Assembly: GCA_028875725.1 (NCBI GenBank)
Contig: JAPPCR010000019.1
Coordinates: 8,483-72,482 of the forward strand
Direction of reading: 5' to 3'
Length of the DNA: 64,000 nucleotides
Source: Acidobacteriota bacterium
GTDB taxonomy: Bacteria > Acidobacteriota > Thermoanaerobaculia > Multivoradales > Multivoraceae
Below, piece after piece: positions 58,797-64,000 of the stretch. The stretch's first letter is position 1, and each line of letters opens with the position of its first letter. A model generated the notes under the pieces. That model saw nothing but the letters and a program-made list of their open reading frames with translations, ran no database searches and had not been told where the DNA came from. A program made the translations under genes and the position numbers.

Positions 58797-59135
58797 GGCC
58801 TGCCTTGGCTGGCCGAGCGGCTGGAGGACACCGCGTCTAGAACTCCTCGACAAAGCGCCAGCCAGGACGAGGCGGAGGAGGCGCACGACGACCTCTGTGT
58901 CGTTCTGCAAGAGCTTGAGGACGCCGCCAGGGAGGTCAGTTTCGGAAGCGGCACGTTCGACCGGGATCTGTACGAGGCTCTGTGCCGCGTCGGCCCTGCT
59001 GGCGCGGTCGACGGAAAGGTGGAGGTCGCCGACGGGTCGCTCGCCATCGCCGAGCACCTGCGGTCCTGGGGCTACTTCGTCGTCTCGCCGACGACCTCCA
59101 GTGAAGACGGTGAACCGAGGACCTCAACTGAATGA
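58773..59135 (+). CDS. Hypothetical small protein (possible; N-terminus derived from an lpxK-like remnant)
   Basis: 120-aa ORF with a GTG start. Acceptable GC3 bias over most of its length but with a low-GC3 patch. No family recognised. Confidence 0.3.
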   Translation: MFTSTLRSGLPWLAERLEDTASRTPRQSASQDEAEEAHDDLCVVLQELEDAAREVSFGSGTFDRDLYEALCRVGPAGAVDGKVEVADGSLAIAEHLRSWGYFVVSPTTSSEDGEPRTSTE

Positions 59136-59189
59136 CGTGCAGTCGCGGGCGATGCTTCGGCGCGCCGTGACATCAGGCAGCCGGGGACA

Positions 59190-60146
59190 GTGACCCCAGG
59201 CCCGATGCGCGCCGACCCCGACGCGGCGATTCGAGCAGCCGCGTTCGCTGAACTGGACCGGCTTCGCTTCGCGCATGGCCCCAAGCTGCCCTGGAGCGTG
59301 ATCGACCGGGGCTTCCGCTTCCGTGGCGAGAAGATCCACTTCGCTGGCCGCGCCGTCGGCATATTCAAGCCGAGGCAGATGAGCGCGGCGCTCAGCATCA
59401 AGACGGTGGCTCCTCGGGCGGGTCGGCGGTTTTGGTATCGCGATCAGATGGGCGAGCCGGACTATCGAACAGGACTGCTTGCCTACGACCTCGCTCGCGG
59501 TGGCAGGGGGGATTCCACCAACCGGGCCCTCGAGGAGGCGTACAGTCGGAGCGCGGCCCTGATCTACTTCGTTGGCGTCTCGCCTGCTGTGTACGAGCCG
59601 CTCTCGTCTGTGTGGGTGGAAGAACTCGACTTCGACGCCGGACGCGTCCTTCTCGCCGCCGCGGACGCCTTCCATCCGACGATGAGCTCCATCCAGGCCG
59701 CGCAAGCCGCCGGCTCCTCTGCCGAACTGCGTGAGCGGTCCTACACGCTTGTCGCTACGAAGCGGAGGAATCACCAGGCATGGTTCAGCAGCCGGACCAA
59801 GTCCGCGTACGGCCATCGCTGCGCCTTCAGCGGTCTGACGTTGTCTCGACTGCTCGTGGGGGCGCACATCCTGCCGGATGCCGAAGACGGCCCGGCGACC
59901 GTGACCAACGGCATCTGCATGTCGACCCTTCACCACACCGCGTTCGATGCCGACTTGATCGGCGTGGACACGAGCTGCCGCATCCACGTTGCCAGGTCGG
60001 TCAGGGATGGCCGAGACGGTCCCCTGCTCGAGAGCCTGAAGGGACTCGATGGCGCCGGGCTCCGTCTGCCCGCGCGTTCCGAGGACCACCCGGACCGGGA
60101 GTTCCTCGATTGGCGATTCCAACGCTTTCTCGAGGCCGCCGACTGA
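59190..60146 (+). CDS. HNH_2-type endonuclease with unassigned N-terminal domain (COG3440-like predicted restriction endonuclease)
   Basis: C-terminal CAFSGLTLSRLLVGAHILP...NGICMSTLHHTAFDADLIGVD fits the HNH_2 nuclease motif. The N-terminal ~170 aa are unassigned; a PUA/SRA-like fold is only a guess from the COG3440-like architecture. Codons end in A/T more often than in neighbouring genes. Confidence 0.7.
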   Translation: MTPGPMRADPDAAIRAAAFAELDRLRFAHGPKLPWSVIDRGFRFRGEKIHFAGRAVGIFKPRQMSAALSIKTVAPRAGRRFWYRDQMGEPDYRTGLLAYDLARGGRGDSTNRALEEAYSRSAALIYFVGVSPAVYEPLSSVWVEELDFDAGRVLLAAADAFHPTMSSIQAAQAAGSSAELRERSYTLVATKRRNHQAWFSSRTKSAYGHRCAFSGLTLSRLLVGAHILPDAEDGPATVTNGICMSTLHHTAFDADLIGVDTSCRIHVARSVRDGRDGPLLESLKGLDGAGLRLPARSEDHPDREFLDWRFQRFLEAAD

Positions 60147-60203
60147 TTCGCGGCGCGCTCAACGCCCAGCCGCGTCTTTGGGATCGAGTCGGTCCGCCTT
60201 GCG

Positions 60204-61613
60204 TCAGGCGAACGACCGCCCCCCGATCACGGCCCAGATGATCCACAGGATCGCGACCGGGCAGACGAAGCGCAACAGCACGTCGCGCCAGAGGAAGTAC
60301 CACCGGCTCACGTCGCCGTGGCCGTCGGCCAGTGCCTCGCGGGACTTGCGGCGGCTCAGAAACCAGCCGACGAACACGGCCAGCGTCAGACCGCCGAGGG
60401 GCAGGATCCAGTTCGAGACGGTGTAGTCCATCGTGTCGAAGAAACCGGCGGTGCGCTCGCCCAGGGGTGCCCAGGAGGAGAAGCCGGTGACGGCGCCCAG
60501 GGATAGCGCCGAGGGGATGCCGAAGAGGAAGACGGCGCCGCCGGAGAGCAGACTGGCCTTTCGCCGGCTCAGGCCCCGTCGGTCGATCAGGTAGGCGGCG
60601 ACGACTTCGAGCAGCGAGATGGTCGAGGTGAGCGCCGCGAAGCCGACCAGCAGGTAGAACAGCGGCGCCAGCACGACGCCGAGCGGCATGTCGTAGAACA
60701 TTTGCGGCAGTGTCGTGAACAGGATCGTGGCGCTCTTGCCGAAGGTCCCTGTCCGTTCCGCCGCGTCGACGCTGAAGATGATGGAGAACATGACGATACA
60801 GGCCATCAGGGCAACCAGGGTGTCGAGCAGGGTGATCGCGGCGGCGCTCCTCGGGATCGACTGTCTCGATCTCATGTAGGAGCCGTAGGTGATCATCGCG
60901 CCCATGCCGACCGAGAGCGTGAAGAAGGCATGGCCGACCGCCTCCAGCAGGCCGTCGGCGGTGACCGGGCCGACATGGAACAGGAAGCGGACCGCTTCGC
61001 CGAAGCCCGGGCTCCAGAACGAGTTGATGACGAGCAGGATGAGGATGGCCCCGAGCACCGGCATGAGCGTCTTGGCCACCCGTTCGATGCCGTCGTGCAC
61101 GCCGAGGGTGACGACGCCGACCGTCACGATCATGAACAGGGCGTGGAAGCCGATCTGGAGCGGTCCGTTGCCGAGGAAGGCGCCGAAGGAGTCGCCGAGA
61201 GTCTGTCCGCCGGTGTCGAAGCCGCGGAACGACCAGCTCAGGCACTGGCCGAAGTAGTACACCGTCCAGCCGGCGATCAGCGCGTAGTACGACAGGAGGA
61301 TGAAGCTGCCGAGCGTTCCCAATGCGCCGACCGCGCCCCAGGCCTTGCCCCCGACCGCGCCCTTCGCGGCCGCGACGAAGGCGCCGACGGGGCTCTGCCG
61401 GGTACTCCGACCGATCACGAGCTCGGCCATCATGATCGGCAGGCCGATCAGCACGATCGCGATCAGGTAGACAATGACGAAGGAACCGCCGTCGTTGGCG
61501 TACGTGATGTACGGGAACTTCCAGATGTTGCCGAGGCCGATCGCGGAGCCGACAGCGGCGAAGATGAACCCGAGTTGACCGAACCTGCCGCGTCCGCCGG
61601 AGCCGTTTGCCAC
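60204..61613 (-). CDS. Sodium-dependent neurotransmitter:sodium symporter (NSS/SNF) family transporter
   Basis: GFIFAAVGSAIGLGNIWKFPY signature and a 469-aa protein with about 11-12 TM segments. Confidence 0.9.
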   Translation of the reverse strand: MANGSGGRGRFGQLGFIFAAVGSAIGLGNIWKFPYITYANDGGSFVIVYLIAIVLIGLPIMMAELVIGRSTRQSPVGAFVAAAKGAVGGKAWGAVGALGTLGSFILLSYYALIAGWTVYYFGQCLSWSFRGFDTGGQTLGDSFGAFLGNGPLQIGFHALFMIVTVGVVTLGVHDGIERVAKTLMPVLGAILILLVINSFWSPGFGEAVRFLFHVGPVTADGLLEAVGHAFFTLSVGMGAMITYGSYMRSRQSIPRSAAAITLLDTLVALMACIVMFSIIFSVDAAERTGTFGKSATILFTTLPQMFYDMPLGVVLAPLFYLLVGFAALTSTISLLEVVAAYLIDRRGLSRRKASLLSGGAVFLFGIPSALSLGAVTGFSSWAPLGERTAGFFDTMDYTVSNWILPLGGLTLAVFVGWFLSRRKSREALADGHGDVSRWYFLWRDVLLRFVCPVAILWIIWAVIGGRSFA

Positions 61614-61694
61614 GTTTGTTCCCTCCCGTCAGGCGTCGTGCTGTGATGGCGGCGGGCCAGCCGCCGGCCGGCGGATAGCGTAGCGGAGTCGGCG

Positions 61695-64000
61695 CTAGGG
61701 GCTCGAGGAGGGCGCCGCTGCCGCGCTGAAGGGCGTCTCCGGGCCGACCGCCCGGGTCAGCCACTCGGTGCGGTAGGCGTCGAGTTCCGGCGTCCGCGGG
61801 TAGCTCTCGCCCGGGCCGAACGGGTAGCCGGACATCGCCCTGAAGGGCAGCGGCAGGTTGCTGTCCGCCTTCCAGGTGTTGCGGTCGGCGTCCTTGTCCC
61901 AGCCGAAACTCTCCAGGAAGACGGTGCGGACGTAGCCGGGCGCGGGCGGCGGCAACTCCCGGGCGTCGAAGAGGACACGGATCTCGTCGCCGGGGCCGAT
62001 CACGACCTGGCGGTCGTCGACGTCCGCGAGCAGTTCGACGACGTCGCCGAAGCGGGTGTAGCGGCCGGGGAAGGGCAGCCAGGGAGACGCGGCGCTGGTG
62101 CGCTGATAGTCGAAGAGGTGCGGGCCGTTGGGCGCCGGCCGCGTCGGCGCTGAGAAGCCGCGGTACGAGAGGTCGGCGCTTGCCGCGTTCAGACGGGCCT
62201 GGACAACGGCACCGTCGCCGTCGACGCCGTCCGGCTCGCTGCTCCAGGCGACCCGGTCCCAATGCAGCCAGCGGGTGGTCACGATCCGGAGCTTCCGCGC
62301 GCCCGCCGGCAGCGGCGGGGTGTCGACGACCATCGTCTTCGTCTTGCCGGGCGGGAAGCCCATCGGATCAAGCAGCGTCTGCCAGCCGTCCCCGGTCTCG
62401 ACCTCGAGGCGGGTCATCACCATCTCCAGGTCACCATGCTCCACGGCCTGCGCGATGGCGAGATTGAGGCTGGCATCGGCGGGGAACACCCAGCCGTCGA
62501 GCCACAGCCGCACCGGCTTGCCGGGCGCCTCGCCGAGGTCGAAGGTGAACGTCCAGGGCTCGGCGGCGTGGCCCTGGAAGCGTGAGCGCCGGTAGCCGTC
62601 GCCGTAGACCTCGTCGCGGGCGCGGACCCGTTCCGTCACGTCGCGTCCGCGGCCGTCCGTGGCCTGGGCGACGGGCCGGACTTCCGCGCTCGCGACCACC
62701 TCGTCGGGCGGGCGGCCGACGTGTCCCCGGCCCGGAACGATCCGGAGGTTGCTCGCCACCTCCGCGCCTTCGCGATGGTCGACCACCCAGAGCCGCACCC
62801 GGTCGATGTAGGCGGCCTCCCAGAGCTCCTCGGTGATCCGCAGGTCGTAGAAGCCATCGCGCGTCCGGGCGCCGTCGACCCGCACGAGCTCGTCCGGGTC
62901 GTAGCCGTTCCAAACGCCGTCGGCGAGCGGCATGCCGAGTGGCGCGCCCCACAGCAGGTCGGTGACGAAGGTGACCTTCTCGCCGTCCCAGGTGTAGAGG
63001 AAGGGACAACTGCCCTTGAGCACCTGCTCCTCGACGATCGTCATGTTCTCGCCGGGCTCGAGGCGGTTCTGCGGCACGCCGTTGGCCCAGACGACGCGGA
63101 CCAGGTCGGGCCGGCGGCGGTTGCCGAGTCCGATGTGGGTGACCGGCCGGTCGACCTCGACGTACTGGTAGGCGCGCTCCGACTTGACTTCGATCGTCGT
63201 GCCGCGGCCGAAGACGTTGTTCTTCTGGTTGCCGATGTCGAGACCGACCAGGCGAACCCGCAGCCAGTTGTTCTCGGAGCCGTTCAGGTTCTCGATCCGG
63301 TAGAGGCCGGCGGCGCCCGCGGCGACAAGGTCCTGGTCGCCGTCACCGTCGAGGTCGTCGGCGCGCACGGCGCTGAAGCCGGCGTCCCGGGGCAGACCCG
63401 TGACCTGCGCGAGCTGGAACTCGAGCGCTTCGGGCCCCGAGTCCGAGGTCTGGGTCAGCACCCGCAGCTCGCCGTCGGCGACCAGGGCGAGATCGCGGCG
63501 GCCGTCGTTGTCGGCGTCGAGCAGGGCCAGGTCCGTGGCGCCAGTGGGCAAGCCGACCGATTCCGACGTCAGCGGGAACGGGGCGAGCGCGCCGTGCTCG
63601 CCGGCCCTCAGGATGGCCGTGGAAGCGCCGGCGAGCACGAACTCCGGGATCCCGTCGCGGTCGAGGTCGGCGGTACGGACGACCCGTACCGGCGTCCCGG
63701 TCGCGAGCGCGGGCTCGGCGTCGTCGCCGAGCAGCCGGCCGACGAGCCTTCCCAGCAGGTTTCCCGCGGGTGCGGGCGGCGTTCTCTCGGCAAAGCGCCC
63801 CTGGCGCAGGTTGTCCAGCCAGAGGACGCCGGCGTCGTGGGCCAGCAGCAGATCCGTGTCGCCGTCGCGGTCGGCGTCGGTGGCTTGGAGGTGATGGAAC
63901 CGTCGCGGCTCGACCTGCGGCAGCGCCCTGGGTCCCAGGGCCTCGAGCGGACCCTCGAAGACCCCCTCGCCGGACACGTTCCGCAGCAGATCCGGCCCGC
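61695..64000 (-). CDS. FG-GAP/VCBS + UnbV_ASPIC (CRTAC1-like) protein with a long C-terminal extension; N-terminus outside window
   Basis: The frame is open to the window edge. DADRDGDTDLL, DLDRDGIPEF, DADNDGRRDL and DLDGDGDQDL loops. ENNWLRVRLVG...GLGNRRRPDLVRVVWANG resembles UnbV_ASPIC. About 430 further residues have no recognised family. Confidence 0.8.
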   Translation of the reverse strand, partial: GPDLLRNVSGEGVFEGPLEALGPRALPQVEPRRFHHLQATDADRDGDTDLLLAHDAGVLWLDNLRQGRFAERTPPAPAGNLLGRLVGRLLGDDAEPALATGTPVRVVRTADLDRDGIPEFVLAGASTAILRAGEHGALAPFPLTSESVGLPTGATDLALLDADNDGRRDLALVADGELRVLTQTSDSGPEALEFQLAQVTGLPRDAGFSAVRADDLDGDGDQDLVAAGAAGLYRIENLNGSENNWLRVRLVGLDIGNQKNNVFGRGTTIEVKSERAYQYVEVDRPVTHIGLGNRRRPDLVRVVWANGVPQNRLEPGENMTIVEEQVLKGSCPFLYTWDGEKVTFVTDLLWGAPLGMPLADGVWNGYDPDELVRVDGARTRDGFYDLRITEELWEAAYIDRVRLWVVDHREGAEVASNLRIVPGRGHVGRPPDEVVASAEVRPVAQATDGRGRDVTERVRARDEVYGDGYRRSRFQGHAAEPWTFTFDLGEAPGKPVRLWLDGWVFPADASLNLAIAQAVEHGDLEMVMTRLEVETGDGWQTLLDPMGFPPGKTKTMVVDTPPLPAGARKLRIVTTRWLHWDRVAWSSEPDGVDGDGAVVQARLNAASADLSYRGFSAPTRPAPNGPHLFDYQRTSAASPWLPFPGRYTRFGDVVELLADVDDRQVVIGPGDEIRVLFDARELPPPAPGYVRTVFLESFGWDKDADRNTWKADSNLPLPFRAMSGYPFGPGESYPRTPELDAYRTEWLTRAVGPETPFSAAAAPSSSP

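Noticed and set aside
61661-61674. 14-bp perfect palindrome CCGCCGGCCGGCGG after the CRTAC1-like gene stop
   Set aside because: As a hairpin it gives only a 5-bp stem. Such GC palindromes are expected by chance at this base composition.

Overview
High-GC (by eye about two-thirds or more G+C) chromosomal segment of a diderm bacterium, shown by waaA-lpxK, a secretin and lipoproteins. I support about 55 protein-coding genes. I found no rRNA, tRNA or CRISPR array. Most of the window is housekeeping or metabolic: a Liv-type ABC importer with an embedded acyl-CoA synthetase, tyrA, a dipeptidase, Nudix and MBL hydrolases, cysQ-rfbBAC, pcnB, CaiB/MaoC, gltA, queE, acnA, dut and waaA-lpxK. Five things stand out. 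(1) A 12-kb, 13-gene, one-strand cluster (43355-55198) is headed by an ECF sigma/anti-sigma pair. It mixes T2SS parts (GspE/F, GspG-like pseudopilins) with a T4aP-type PilMNOP alignment module. Its lipoprotein secretin carries a TPR N-terminus and a cohesin-like C-terminus. (2) A small defence-type islet lies after lpxK (57.6-60.2 kb). It holds an Rpn/YhgA-like nuclease gene with two strong internal in-frame SD+ATG signals and an HNH_2 endonuclease with an unassigned N-terminal domain. Near-identical 39-bp direct repeats bracket the lpxK 3' end plus the rpn gene. (3) The accessory left end holds a BrnT/BrnA toxin-antitoxin pair, a membrane-anchored MutS-family ATPase and a translationally coupled TPR + secreted-protein pair of unknown function. 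(4) A second ECF module leads two CRTAC1/ASPIC-type FG-GAP proteins and a TPR protein. (5) An rfbBAC operon lacks rfbD and continues into DUF4301, TVP38 and a flavoprotein disulfide reductase. Non-coding structure includes a REP-like GC-rich palindromic repeat family at four convergent gene junctions and a 171-bp element with 32-bp terminal inverted repeats. Many long ORFs in the six-frame track are alternative-frame or antisense artefacts of the GC content. All functional calls come from motif recognition by eye; no searches were run.
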